Below the pieces are notes generated by a model. That model had not been told where the DNA came from. It did no database searches and worked only from the letters and a program-made list of their open reading frames with translations. From positions 21,452,001 through 21,516,000 of the forward strand of contig CM059451.1 in NCBI GenBank assembly GCA_030390025.1: 64,000 nt of DNA, read 5' to 3'. Shown here piece by piece: positions 11,560-24,696 of this stretch. The translations under genes were made by a program, and so were the position numbers. The stretch is from Squalus acanthias. Lineage: Eukaryota. The first letter of the stretch is position 1, and each line of letters starts with the position of its first letter.

Positions 11560-12100
11560 AGAACACATACAGGTATACATTTATTGAGCAACCAAGGTGA
11601 AGGGTAGTTGAGGAATCCACTCGTTGGCGAGGAAAAGAGTAGATAAGTAGTGATTAGGTTGATACCAAGCCTGGGATTTAAAAGCCTTTAGGTGTAAGAA
11701 GAAGGAATGAGGAGTCTTGATGTGCAGGGTTACATAAATGGAACAAGAGATGAAGGTGAAAGTAGTAAGATTATGACAACAAAATAAAGTAACTGAGAGG
11801 GACTGAAGAGACCAGAAGGAACTGGTTTTAAAAAAGATTTTCATTGCTCCATTAAAGAACATGAAGATCAAGATATAGTGGTTGCGCAGTGAGGGCATGC
11901 ATCTGAAAGAAGTTGAGTGTTGAATGGAATATTCAGTCATGGATAAGATTGGATGTTGAGCGGAAGAGGCCTTTAATGTGAGGGGGGAAAAGAGTGGGAG
12001 GGGAAAAAAGGTTTAAATCACTGAAGATATGAAACTAGTAAGGCAGTAGGAGAAAGTATAACCTTGTATGTTAGATTAGTTGGAGGAACAAGAGAGGAAA
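11560..12100 (-). mobile_element. Highly degenerate L2-type LINE fragment
   Basis: Purine-rich plus strand similar to the other antisense L2 fragments. Confidence 0.35.
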
Positions 12101-12599
12101 ATATACTGAACAATTTTGTTTTTGTGTAGCATTAGGTTGTATGTTTTCATTTGTTCTGCACTCCAGTGAGGTTTCTTTCTACGGAGGAAGGAAGAAACTG
12201 GAAAACTACGCATCAAGCCCCCCATGGATATCAAAAATGTTGATGTTCCTCTGAAACCTATTATGTTTTTGCATGCAATCCTCTCCTATGCGAGTCTGTT
12301 GCGCTGCTGCTTCTAAACAATTTTCCAGTGTATAGGCTCTTCTGATGGCCACAGTTTTGCTAATCTCTGTTCCAAACTGTTGCATTCAACTAGAGCTAGG
12401 TCTGAAGCCATAGGGAGCAAGGAGTTGGTGTCATTGGTCCAGAAGCTTGAATCTTGAGTTTAGCTGTTACCTTTTGATGTAGGCACTGGGGTCTTCAAGT
12501 CTAAGTTCCTGGTGAGAAATACAGCAGACCATGGTCAAGTTTTCAGCTGTGAGATGGAAGTATAGAAAATGGGAGAGTTTTTTTGTTTGTTTCTGCATT

Positions 12600-12805
12600 A
12601 TTTTTCTATACCCTTCCTCTCCTGAATGTGAGCTTAGGCATATGTGTTGATCAGCTATTGAATCATGAGGGCATCGCCTGTTCTTGTATGCTTACAGTAG
12701 ATGACAATCAGGAGTGGAAACCCAGATCAGATTTTAATTTCCCTAGCCTGAGAACGCGGGCTCATGTTCGCACCTGCAGCGACACAGCAACAGAGATTGG
12801 TTAGG
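12600..12805 (-). mobile_element. SINE family X fragment
   Basis: ATGTGAGCTTAG...ATCAGGAGTGGAAACCC...TTCCCTAGCC shared with other copies. Confidence 0.5.
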
Positions 12806-13629
12806 ATTGCAACATTTTGGAAAATCTTAAGACTGGACAGGCTAAAAGTGGGATCCTGGCTGGAGTTCTTATGTTTGTTTTGCTGCTGATAAATTCATTG
12901 AAAATCTTAGTAACCTTAATAACTAATGCCTCCACATCAGAAGACACACATGAGTAAAAGTAGGGGACTGCAATGAGTCTTGATTTTAACACTTTGGGGA
13001 TGCAAAGAGGGGAAGAACATGTAGAACGGAGTATCTGACTGTATAATTAAGTTCAGAGGCGTACTGACCATATCAATAAAATAGAGATTGGTAGGGAAAC
13101 TTGCAACAGAGGGAGTGAGATTGGAGGCTACAGGTGAGAGGGATCACCTATCCGATGACCATCTTCAGACTTTTTAAACCTAAGCTTAGTATCAACTCAT
13201 CACTACCCCCTGATTTAGCTCTTTTTCTTTACAACCTTGCTGGTAGCCCCAGTTTGGTCTTGGCCCCTTTACTGTAGTTTCTCATTTTAGAAAAAGTAAT
13301 GTGGGGGGGCGGAGGGTGGAATTGACTTTGACCTCAAGTTTTCATTTTTAGAAAGCACCAGAAACGCCATTCAAAAAATTGATCGGTCTAAAACCTAGGT
13401 GAAGTATTGGAGGGTGCTCCCTGCTCATAGAACCATCCCCCAATGAATCATCTTTAGAAGAGAAGGGAAGAAAATTGAGTTTTTAACTTTTACCTTCAAA
13501 ATTCACATCTTGGTGCTTCTGTTTAGCTGCATAATTTTTAATTGTTTTTGAATTCACAAAGAAATTACATACTCTGCATAAAATATAAGATTTTAAATTA
13601 ATGGTGAGATGATTTTAACAGTTTCTTTT

Positions 13630-13753
13630 GGTTGGGAGGAGCTTGTTAATGCCATTTGTGAAATTACCTTTGACTGGGAGGACCTCCATTGAGCCTCTTC
13701 GTTTTGGAGCATCTTCGTGTTGGAGCTACGAGGGAAGGAGCTGAGCTGTGTTG
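13630..13753 (+). other. ZC3H10: Non-coding exon 1 (5' UTR) of ZC3H10 copy B
   Basis: TTGACTGGGAGGACC...GAGGGAAGGAGC...GAGCTGTG followed by donor TTG|GTAATCCCATCCCTGGTTTG, homologous to 617-770. Homology continues into the intron to about 13990. Acceptor TTCTTTTGCAG ends at 26661. Confidence 0.55.
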
Positions 13754-14199
13754 GTAATCCCATCCCTGGTTTGTTAATGTTAAAGTTCTGGGCCCAGTGG
13801 GATTATTTTAAGATTTTATTGTACACACACTGAATGCAATGAGTGTGGGTTAGTTTGGCTGGCAGTCACTTTAATTTGTAGCAGGAAGTCAAGACTTAAA
13901 AAGCCTGGGAGCATGTTGGAGAGGTTCCTCGTACAGTATGTAAAGTGGAACGACTGGTGCTGCAATCACCCAGGCTCATTGGAAAAACAAACCATGAAGT
14001 TAATTCACAAAATAATAAACAATGATGTTTGGTTCACTACAATTGGATTATTAAATTAATGGCTTTTGAAAAAACTCTTTCCTGGTCAGTTTTTTGTGAT
14101 AATTAAGTGTTCGGTCACTTTTAAGGAAAGATCTTATGGCAGTACATCTGTAAATAAATGTTTATTTATTGGAGTACAATGGACTACAGCCCTGCCTAG

Positions 14200-15200
14200 T
14201 TATACATACTCAAAAGTTACAGATTTACCAAATTGATGTGCATATAGGCTGCACCTCCACCCTGCCAAGTTATCCCATGAAAATAATAAACCCTGCAAAA
14301 CACATTTACAGTTTTAAACATAACTTTAATAATTGCAATGACAAACTGGAAACCATACCATAAACAACACACTCCATTACAGCTGTCAAGAAAAATCAAA
14401 ATGCAGTACTGCTACTGAGGGGGAGAAATTACCCATGTACATGTACTAGGGTCCTACTTTACCAGAAAGGAAAAGCAAGCTACAGTTATGGCAGTATTCA
14501 TTGGAGCTGCAGTCTTGAGTTACTAACTAGAATCAAGCAGAGAATCCTCACTTCCATCCATGCTATTGGGGATACAGAAACTTTTTAAATCCTTGCTTAA
14601 AGGATTTCAGTTTGGCCTGTTGCCACACATCCACATATCTGAAGCTGTGCAGGCTTCTTCAGCTGTTCTTTTGGTGTCCCTGTTATTTCACATGTAAAGC
14701 CAGTTGTGGTACTTGTTTTGCAAAACATGCTTCAATGTTTTATTTACAGCCACATTCACGACTTTCAGTTGCCTAGTGGTCCCTCCTGGTGTGGCCGTGT
14801 CAGTTTTGCATCGATGAATTTGCTCTTAAACAGCTAACTTTAAATGATCACAGAAAGCATCCATTCCACGGCACCCGGACTTCGATTTCATGCAGTTCTT
14901 ATCAATTCCCCCCGCCGTACCGTATATGTAAGTCAGGTGGAATTTTATTCTTGGGTAAAAGTGTTTTTCATTTCATTATCACAAATGGCAGGTAGCTTCC
15001 TGCCATCTGGCATGACTGCCAGCATAACTAAATAGCTATTTTTCATTGCCTGTTCAAATGGAAATAGTAGAGTCTGTCTTTTGAATTCACTGGTGCTGCT
15101 AGGCATAGCATATGACATGGGAATTTCATCTGTATTGACCATTAGGTCTAAGATTTATCAATCATACCGTTTTACACAGCCTTATGATGTAGCCCTGGTA
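14200..15200 (-). mobile_element. Pogo/Tigger-type DNA transposon relic (DDE_1 transposase fragments)
   Basis: Minus-strand NTDEIPMSYAMPS and VMLAVMPDGRKLP resemble NMDETP and VLACMADGTKLP. TPGGTTRQLKVVNVAVNKTLK (about 14730-14792) resembles IPGGLTSQLQPLDVSVNKPFK. Multiple frameshifts. Confidence 0.65.
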
Positions 15201-15214
15201 TTTCATTAACTGAT

Positions 15215-16600
15215 GACCCTAACTACTTCACTCTGCTTTTTCCCCCTTCTCATATCCACCCCTTGGTTTCTTGATTTCCTCCCCACCCAACTCCTGATCA
15301 CTCAACTACTTTCCTTGCCCCAGTGCTCACTGGCAATGTTGATGGCTCCCTTATCTATAGGCACTGTTCCTTCATGTCCTCTCAAGCTACTGCTGCATAG
15401 CTAGTTTCCCTTTCCTCTCCAAGGTCCTTGAATGCATCGCTGACACCTAGCTTCGCACTTCCCACAGTTCCCTATTTGAATCCTTTCAGTCCAGCTTTTG
15501 TCCTCATAGCATTGAAATCTCTGTTCAAAGTCAGTAACAACATCACTTGTGTCTATAACATTATCACTTCTTGTCCTTCTCAAGCTCTAATGTTCCTTGT
15601 TTTTCTACATCTTGCCCTTCCATAAGCATAGGTTCAGGTCCATATGTGTGCTGATGGCACCCCGCTCTACCTCTCCACCACCACCGTTGACTTGAAAACC
15701 ACTTCTGTGTTGTGGGACTGCTTATCTGACATCTAGTCATGCATGAGCCTAAACCTTCTATTTAAAATTGGGAAGGTCAATGCCAACTTATTCAGTGCCC
15801 GCCAAAGACTCTTACCTTGCCCCCTGACTTCATTCCCCTCTCCAGCTGCAAGCTCAAGTTGAACTATAAGATGCATAATGTCTGTGGCCTGTTTGACCAT
15901 GAGCCTCGGCTATATACAGGAAACTCTCTTTTAACCGGCACCCAAATAACCGGAAATCTCTCTTAACTGGCAAAATTCTTGAGTAGGTAACCGGGGTTTT
16001 CCTTCATCTCTCCTTTAAAAATAACTTTAAAAAAAACCCCGAGGCGTTTGCCTTGTATCGTAGCGTGTAGATTGGGAGGGGAATGTGCAGCCCGGGTAGG
16101 CAGCGGACACGACAGATGGTCAGCTGGCGGTCCCCGGGGAGACGGAGCTCCGAATGCAGGCGCATGTCAATGTGTACGGGGCTCTCGTACGTTGGGAGAT
16201 ATAACTCTCCGTTATCCGGACTTTTTGATTAACCAGCACCACGTCGGTGCCGGTTAATAAAGAGTTTCCTGTAGTATGCATCACCATGGCTGTTTACTTC
16301 CACCACCACAACTTTGCCCACCTCTGCCCTTAACTCTTTCTCGTTCTCTCCCCTGCCTCCCCACGGTCGCTGAAATCCTTGTCTGAACTTTCACTATCTT
16401 TGGACTCAACTTCACCAATTCTCTCCTTGCCAGCCTTTTGCAGTCCACCCTGCATAAACCCTTTGCCAAAACTCTGCAGCTTGCACCCTATTCCATACCA
16501 AGTGCCACTCATTTATCACCCCTTGTTTACAAACCCTTCATGGCCTTGCCCATCCTATCTCTGCAACCTCCTCCAGCCCTTGGGTGCTTTTGTCTGAATA
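15215..16600 (+). mobile_element. Degenerate L2 LINE fragment, interrupted by a MITE
   Basis: Similar to the L2 copy at 46150-49015 (for example TGCTGATGRCACCC.GC.CTACCTC.CCACCA). Confidence 0.65.
15917..16271. mobile_element. Tc1/mariner-Tigger-type MITE, 355 bp
   Basis: TIRs CAGGAAACTCTCTTTTAACCGGCACC and GGTGCCGGTTAATAAAGAGTTTCCTG, with TA on both sides (15915-16, 16272-73). CpG-rich interior. Confidence 0.9.
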
Positions 16601-17159
16601 GCCTCGATTGTCACTGCATAGCCATTTTTTCACACCTCTTGCACAAACTGCTTCACCTTGCACATACTTTCTTGGTGGGCCTCATATTTTCCATCGTGAA
16701 GAGCTTATCTTTCAGCTTTCTCCAACTGCATTTTTTTCATGCACAGCAACGCAATTAACTTTATTTTCTGCAGAATCTGCAATGTTCTAACTTAGTATAC
16801 TTCTGATGCTTCTTCCTTCTACTAATACCAATTTTACCAGTTCTGTTGCATGTCTCCTGGTACCAATTTTAGTATCTCCATTCATACTGATCATGTCTTG
16901 GTATTGCTAGTAGGTGCTCGTGTGGTAAGTTGGAGAAGCCACCAAGGTTTTCGGACAGAAGTCCTTGTTTATAGACAGACCCAGAATGTCAAACAATTTT
17001 TGTGTTCAAACAAAGTGTAGTCTGTGTGTGTGTGTGTTAATGATATTTGATAGTGTGATGATTTAAGCTTGGGGAGAGCGTAGGAAGGGAGCCCACGCCA
17101 TTAGTTGGCATGATAAAAACTCATCCATCATGGAGGGAGTACTCTCCAACAGTCTCAAC

Positions 17160-17985
17160 AACAACTTGCATTTATAGAGTGCCTTTAACTTCAAAAAATG
17201 TTGCAAAGCGCTTCACAGATGTAATCAAAAAAATTGGTCAACTAGGACTTGGTGCGGGATAGGAAGTAAAGTTTTGGATAAGCAGGTTTACTGAGCGTGG
17301 AGGATGGGAACCCAACCAGGAGAGTAGTGGAATAATGGAGTCCGAAGATGACTAGGTATGGATGCAGGTTTCAGTGGCAGATGGGCTGAGGTAGGGGCAG
17401 AGATGGGCGATCATATGGAGGTGGAAGTCAGCAATCGTGATGGAGAGCATATGAGGTCAGAAGCTCAGCTCGGGTTGAATTGGATGCTGAGACTGCGAAC
17501 AGTGTGGGGGTAGAAAGAGAAGATATTTCTGTAGATGCTCTGGCTACAGTGGATAGGTAAGAGCGGAACTAAGCAGGGCAATCCCACCAACTGGACAACA
17601 GCGAGGCGTTGGAGAAGGATGGTATAGTTGATTACCAGAGGATCAGGAGGGATAATGCACCAACGGTCACAGTCACAGAGAATATTGTTCATAACTGTGG
17701 TTGAGGCCGTTTCGGTGCTGTGGGAGCAGCCGAATCTATTTGGAGAGATTCAGATGGACTTGCAGCAGAAATGGGCACTGATTTGGGAGGTGACAACACA
17801 TTCAAGGGGTTTGGAGAGAATAGGCAGGTTGGAGATGGGGTGGTAGTTTTCAAGGACACAGGTTGAGGATAGTTTTTTTGAGGAGGGGTGGGTGACCGTT
17901 TTAAAAGGGAGGGAGACAGTATCTGAGGAGAGGGAACCAGTTACAATGTCAACTAGTGTGGAGCCAGGAAGGGAAGTTTTGTGGA
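17160..17985 (-). mobile_element. L2 LINE fragment including the 3' tail
   Basis: ACAACTTGCATTTATAGAGTGCCTTTAA is the reverse complement of the L2 tail at about 48990-49015; the body matches 47100-48100 in reverse. Confidence 0.7.
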
Positions 17986-19329
17986 AATGTCTCTGTTACC
18001 CTCTCAAGCTCCACTCTACATAAACTGAAGTTTTGCTGTCCGCATCCTATTCGTCACTAAGTCCGTCTCACAAATCACCTACGGCTCTGTCACAGCCTGC
18101 ATCCTCCACTCTTCTGACTCTGGCCTACTGTATGTTCTTCCCTGCCCCTCATCCTTTCCATCATTGGTAGCAGAATCCTCTGGTCACTGCCCTGCACTCT
18201 GGAAGTCTGTTTCCCCACTTGCTACATCTCTCCATTTTCAAAATCCACATAATCACCCTCTTCAACCATACCTTTTACCACCTCTCTTAACTCTTCTCCA
18301 TAACTTGCATCATTGAACAGCTAAAGCAGGGAAGGAAACCCAAAATGACGGGTCTTGAAGCTGCTGCAACAAAATTGAACAGAAATTATTTTTTCTCCAC
18401 CCTCCCATCAGACTTTTCTTTGCCTTCAGCATGTATACCGTGGGACATGGGTTTATCTAGGTTTAGGAATAACCAAGGTTATAAAAGTGAATAATTCAGA
18501 TAATTTAATTCTAATGTCATATGATATGATATTCAGCTCAGCCATTATATAAGTAGGGTATGCTGGGAGGTCCAGCCAGTTCAGTTAAGGGGTGTCCCTT
18601 GGTATAAACAGTAATTTTTTTTTTACTGAAATTGCTAATTTGAAAGGTATTTAATGTTGCTACTCTTTCGAGCACTGTGTAGTGCTTTTTACTAATAGAA
18701 ACTAAAGTGTAGGAGTATTTAAAAAAAAAAACCTGCATAAACTGGAAGACTACAGTGCTCCTCTCCAGGGCAATTAGTGTTGGGCAATAAATGCTGGTCT
18801 TGACAACAACACCCACATGAATGAATTAAAAAAAAAAATGCCCACCTTTTAGTGTCTGGCATCTGAAAGACAAGTTAGCTTGTAACAGGGCCTGGAATAT
18901 GAGATTCACTGCAAATGCAGGCTTGATGACTTGAAACACTGATATTTAACTGAGGTGAGTCTTGGAAATTAGAGGATGGATTACCTTGCAAAAACAGATG
19001 GAAAAACTATCTTCTGCTAAGCCCATTCATTTTGAATGAGGCATCAGATAGGAAGGGGTGGTGTACCAATATAATGTGCCATGAAATGATGGAACTTTGG
19101 TTCATGCATAGGGCCCCCACAATGAAGATTTCTAAATTAATGCCCCTTTATGTACAGAAGCACTTCAAGTAGAAGTGGTTTTCTAATATGTTGAGGCTGC
19201 TAGTACTGTAGTGACAACACAAAAACTGTCTTGAAATCCTAATTGCAGCTTTTGTATCTGGATGTCAAATCTTTTCCAGTGGTTCCCAGTCTCGGAAGGA
19301 AAATCGGAAGTGCAGATCAATCTGTGTAC

Positions 19330-19580
19330 ATACTTCCTAGTATTTGGTCGGAGAGCTATGTTTGGCAGTGATTCATCCAGCTTTTTGACCATTTAATGCA
19401 GAGCAATTCTGGCTGACACCCCACCCCCATCCCCTTGCTAACTGATGGAGATGCAGCTAGTTGTAGTGCTCTCACTACCAGTCTAATTGATTGACTAACA
19501 GTACAAACCAGGGGTAAATCTACTTCCTGGTCTGTAAAGCTTAGTGCAATACTATACTGTGCATTTACTCACTTGGGAGC
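19330..19580 (-). mobile_element. SINE family X fragment
   Basis: TTCCTGGTCTGTA...GCATTTACTCACT head region shared with 49160-49240 and 52040-52100. Confidence 0.5.
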
Positions 19581-21249
19581 TGCTATTGTGTCTGAAGTTA
19601 CATTCTGGCAATTTATATTTCAGACCTTAAGAAAACTTTTCACACACATTTGGATAGGTTTGAATATCAATTTATATCTTAAAAGTATTTTTAATGTAAC
19701 ATTTTTAGGTCTGGTTTCACTTCGTATGTTGAGCTGTAGGCACAAGTCAATTGAAACAAAATCATTCAACATATGTCACAATATTGTGGGTAGATTGGGA
19801 AAGGAAGTTTCAATACATTGGTTGGGGTAGGCCAGATTTTTCTTCTCCTGTAGCAGAGAGAAATCCTGCGAGTTTACATTTTATTGAACTATACCTTTTT
19901 TTTAATTGGAACATATTCTAGACTTTGTTCATAGGGACAGCTGCACAGTTTGACGAGTCTGTCTCATTCAGCATCATTGCACACAGTAGGAATAAGTCCA
20001 CATTATCAGCCAAGGAAAACAATTATGGATATACTTTTTAAGAACATTTTGGCACCTGCTTCAGGAATTCCATGCTTGAGATGCTCTTTTCCTGTACTGT
20101 ATATAAGGGCGCCTTCTTCCCTTTACTAATGTGCCAGTTATTTTTCATTGTTGCACAGAGTGGTGCTGCTGTTCAGTAGGGCTGAATTCTTCATCTTCGG
20201 ATTTTTCCTCTTGCAAAACTGTTTTCACTTTGACCGAGAATGTCTCCTTGCACTAAGTATTTTGTGAAATGTGATCAGGTATTTATGATGGCCACTCCTC
20301 ATGCTTACAGCGCTTATTGTTGAAATACCATAAAAACGAACGATCATTATGTACCATGTGTTTGTGCTTCCATACAAAACAACGCCATATTAATATTGTG
20401 CTGTCATGTATTACGCTTTGTTCTGCTTGCTGTGGAAAATGTATGCATCAAATGAATGATGTCACTATAGGGTACTGGAAGGGAAAAGCTCATGGGCAAC
20501 ACCATCAAAGTGAATCGTCCGAAGGGATTGTGTCCATGTAGGTAACCTGGACTCACTCCTGAGGTATATGAAGGATACTTTTATTTGAAGAATGAGAAAG
20601 ACCTTACAATGTAGGTAATGTTACTTCTTTGATTATATTCTGGATTGTGCCATACTATATGTTTCAAGTGGATTATTAACGCTGTATGTTACACACCTAG
20701 GTGGTATAACATGCCTTTTTATTACTATAAAAATTAGGTCCAATGGAGCATCCCCAGAGCAGTTCTCAGAACTCTGTAATAAAAAAGTAAGTGGATTTTT
20801 CAGTTTTGTGGCTCTGCATTCAAGTCGCTAAGTGGTTCATATGCTTATGTCTCATTCAACCTTTATTTTGATTATTCTGGTCACCTTGCTTTTTGATTCT
20901 GGTTTGCCTAGCTGGCGCAGAATGAGGAATACTGGCAACAGGTGGTAAGTCCTACAGGTTCTTAAACTGTCTAGATTGCTGTGTTGCTTTGTCATTAAAA
21001 ATAATATAGTGTGACTTAAGCAAATTCTGTTTAAAAAGAAAATGTGGTTTATATATTTTACAAATTTGATAGTTTGTGTTTAGTAGTACATATGATTATT
21101 ATTGATTCTGCAAATTCCAATATCGCCAGTCATTTTAAAAACATATCACTGTATTTCAACTTAATTTCAGAAGCATTCTCTTGTCCTCAAGTGCTGTGTT
21201 CCTTCAAATAATGGGCCTGTTTGGAACTAGAATTCTCCCAATTGCATCT

Positions 21250-22110
21250 CTTCAGTAACCGATGGCGAAAGACTACAGGAGGACATAGGCTAGAAGATGG
21301 GCAGACAAGTGGCAGACGCAGTTCAGTGTAGAAAAATATGAAATATTACATATTGAAACTAAGAATAGGGGAAAGGAAATACACCGTAAATAGTAAAATT
21401 CAAAAGGGAGTAGAGGAGCAATGGGACCTTGATGTGTGGATACACAGGTCATTGAAGGTGGCAGTGCAAGTGAATAAGGCCTTAAAAGGGCAAACAGAAT
21501 CCTTGTTTTTTTTTATCTAGAGGTACAGAGTTTAGAGAGTGATGTTGAACTTGTACAAGGCCTCAGTCAGGCTGCAGCTGGAGTATTCTGTACAGTTATG
21601 GACATCCTGTTAGAGGAAGGATATGAAAGCAATGGAAAAGGTGCAGCGTAGATTCACTAGAATGTTACCAGGGATGAGGAGATACGGTTATCAAGAGAGA
21701 CTTGAGAAGTTAAAGCTGTTTTTCACAAGTTGAGAAGATTAAGGGGTAACCCGATAAGAGGTCATCAAGATTATGACGGTAATGGGAGAGCACAAAGTTA
21801 AGATAATCACAGAAATAAAGAGGGGGTTGAACAATTTCAGAGTGTAGTTAGAATGTTGAATTTTCTGCCACAGTCTATTGTTGAAGCAGAGTACATAAAT
21901 TGTTTTGAAAGAAAATGAGATCGTTGCTTGAAAAAGGGGAATATTAAAAGGTATGGGGTGCAAGCAGGAGAGTGGGATTAAGCTCGGTGAGATATTAAAG
22001 GGTTTGGAGAACGAGCAAGAAAGTGGGATTAGACTAGGTGGCTTGAGGAGAAAAACGTGGGCGCAGACTTGATGGAACAAATGATCTGTTTCTGTGCTGA
22101 TTCTATAGGC
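21250..22110 (+). mobile_element. CR1 LINE 3' fragment, degenerate
   Basis: KGVEEQWDLDVWIHRSLKVAVQVNKA peptide and CR1-like 3' end CTGTTTCTGTGCTG..TTCTAT. Confidence 0.8.
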
Positions 22111-23380
22111 AAACACTTGGAATTTCTTTTGCACCAGTTTATCACCAAAGTAACAAAACTTCAGCAAACTTACTGAGAGATTTTTTTATCAGACTCTTGG
22201 CTCCTTCTGATACTAGGCAAGCTGGAAGGTGCACATGCTGTATTTGTGTATCAAAAACACTAAATTATGCCCCCAGTAAGTTGAGGATTTCAGTAGGCTT
22301 TAATCGAATTCATGTGATTTTATCTCTCGTACACTAAATTTATTAACAACAAAATAATCATGGTGTAAACTTTCCATTTGTGCATGATTACTAGCATAAC
22401 CCACAAGGCATTACACAGAACTATATGTGTATTTGGCATGTTACCGAAATAGGGCTGAAATATTCCACATACTGACTAGCCTGAGACAAATTACTTTCCA
22501 GCTTTGGTGAGCTGAAAACTCAGCAGCTTGCAAATAATTCTGATCTTGTTTTTCTCTCAGTACACCTGATCCTTTATGGCCAGTTGCAGCTTTTTGCCTT
22601 CCATAAAAACATAAGGGACTTTGTCTCATCGGACTCTGGTGGGTTCCTTTCAGTATTATTTACATTGAAAACCATACTTGATGCTGTAATAGACACTGAC
22701 TAATGATCTCAAGGAGTTAAAATTTTCATTCAATTTGTAGTGACTTTTGTCAAAATGCAATTTCCAATACAAGTGAACATAATACAAATGTTGAATTGTG
22801 TCTTTGTGCTTAATAACATAACCTCCTAAGCAGTCTACCAAATCTGTGGTCTCATTTTTTGGCATCCCATTTGAGTGAGATCAATCTGTCATAAGCTCTC
22901 ATTTGAATCCCTGCTTGCACTTGCGCTAAATTTTTGCGCTAACGTAGCAAATGGAGAAAAATGCATCTAATTCTAGCCAGCTCCTCTGCTGCTGATTGCT
23001 GCCTTCATCACCGCTTGTGCAAGGTGTTCGTGGGGCTCCTTCAGATTCTTGTTATGAAAAGCCTTAAGCCTGGCTCCCAGTGTTACTAGAAACTACCCTC
23101 CCTGCCGATTGCCACTGTCCTGTGCCTTTTATTTGCTGTATGATGTTCATTTCAGCCTTTGAGCATCAGTTACTAACTTTCTTCAAGGATAAAGATGCTG
23201 GCTTTAAATATGCATCTGGCGCATAATGGGATACTTTCAGACTCTCACTGGTATGAAACCTGCAGGAAGACCTTAGAGAGCAGTTGAGGAGGATTTTCAT
23301 AATGCTGAATTTTTGGAGTTGCGGCTTTTATTTCACGATCATACTGCTACTTATACTGGATGCAATGCTTTTTTTTTGGT

Positions 23381-23717
23381 GGCAAACAACTGACAGATCT
23401 GTGTCAGTGACTATGAGCAAAACCAGTGCCAGTTCTGAATAGCACTAGACATGCGCAAAAAAAAAATGGAATAATTATAGCAATATCCTGGCAAGCAACC
23501 AACTAACAGATCTGTGCCAATGGTTGAGCAAAACCAGTGCCAGTTCTGGATAGCACTAGCCATGCGCAAAAAGAAAAAAATGGAATAATTATAGCAATAT
23601 CCTGGCAAGCAACCAACAGATCTGTGTCAGCGGCTATGAGCAAGAGCAGTGCCAGTTCTGGAGATAGCACTAGTCATGCGCAAAAAAAAATGGCATAATT
23701 ATAGCAATATCCTGGCA
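23381..23717. repeat. Tandem repeat, three units of about 110-115 bp
   Basis: GGCAA.CAAC...ACAGATCTGTG.CA...GAGCAA...CAGTGCCAGTTCTG..TAGCACTAG.CATGCGC(A)nTGG.ATAATTATAGCAATATCCT repeated three times. Confidence 0.9.
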
Positions 23718-24264
23718 GCTATGAGATAGAGTCCCTTCTATAAACATGCTTGCTAATCCACCAGTTATTGGCAAAATAAAAACAATACCTTAGTCCAGTG
23801 GTGTCGATGTTTGAGTGACCTCACAAGACAGTTTACTGTGTGTTATTTCTGAGTGAGTGATTAAGTGCCTGGTCAGATCACTCAAGACATTTACACCACT
23901 GGCACTGAAATATGAGAGTAAGTTCAGTGCTCTCGGCAGGGGACCACGTTCAAAAGAAGCGCAGGTTGCAGCTGTATAGTACTGATTCTTGAACCTGTGC
24001 TTCCTTGGAACAGGAGGTTGTGAATTTATCCCATGGTTTTTATGTGCAATAAATCAAGGCACATGTTAATGCATTTATTTCTATTTGGATTATCACCATA
24101 TATAATATAATCTGCAATAAGATATGCTGCTGCCCTGAAACATGCTCCACAGAGTGCTGGTCTGGGTAATTTACCGAAACTTGGTGATTTCTTATTGTTT
24201 CACGACCTTTCTTTTGCTGTTGGGTTGTTCTGGCACTGCAGGTGATCAAATCATGTGACCTGGT

Positions 24265-24696
24265 GGGCCCGTGAGTCAGAGGTTGTGGGTTTGAGCCCCA
24301 CTCTCTGGCTTGAGCACATAATCTAATCTGACACTTCAGTGCAGTGCTGAGGGAGTGCTACATTGTCAGAAATGGCATCGTTTGGATGAGATGTTAAACT
24401 GAGGCCACATCTGCCTGTTCAAGCGGGTGTAAAAGTCCCTACTGCATAATTTGAAGAGCAGGGGATTTATCCCAGTGTCGTGGCCAACATTTATCCCTCA
24501 TCAAACACCACCAAAAACAAATTATCTGGCCATTTATCTCATTTGCTGTTTGTGAGACTTTGCTGTGCGCAAATTGGCTGCAGTGTTTGCCTACAAAACC
24601 ACAGTGACTACACTTCAAAAGCAATTCATTGGCTGTAAAGCACTTTGGGACATCCTGAGAGCATGAAAGGCGCTATATAAATGCAAGTTTTCTTTC
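24265..24696 (+). mobile_element. DeuSINE-type (SacSINE1/AmnSINE1-like) tRNA SINE
   Basis: Same sequence as 48317-48795: GGATGAGATGTTAAAC.GAGGCC core and GGCGCTATATAAATGCAAG tail. Confidence 0.8.

Noticed and set aside
23381-23717. CRISPR-like array or iron-responsive elements (CAGTGC)
   Set aside because: Eukaryotic context, no unique spacers, and the CAGTGC flanks do not form the IRE upper stem.
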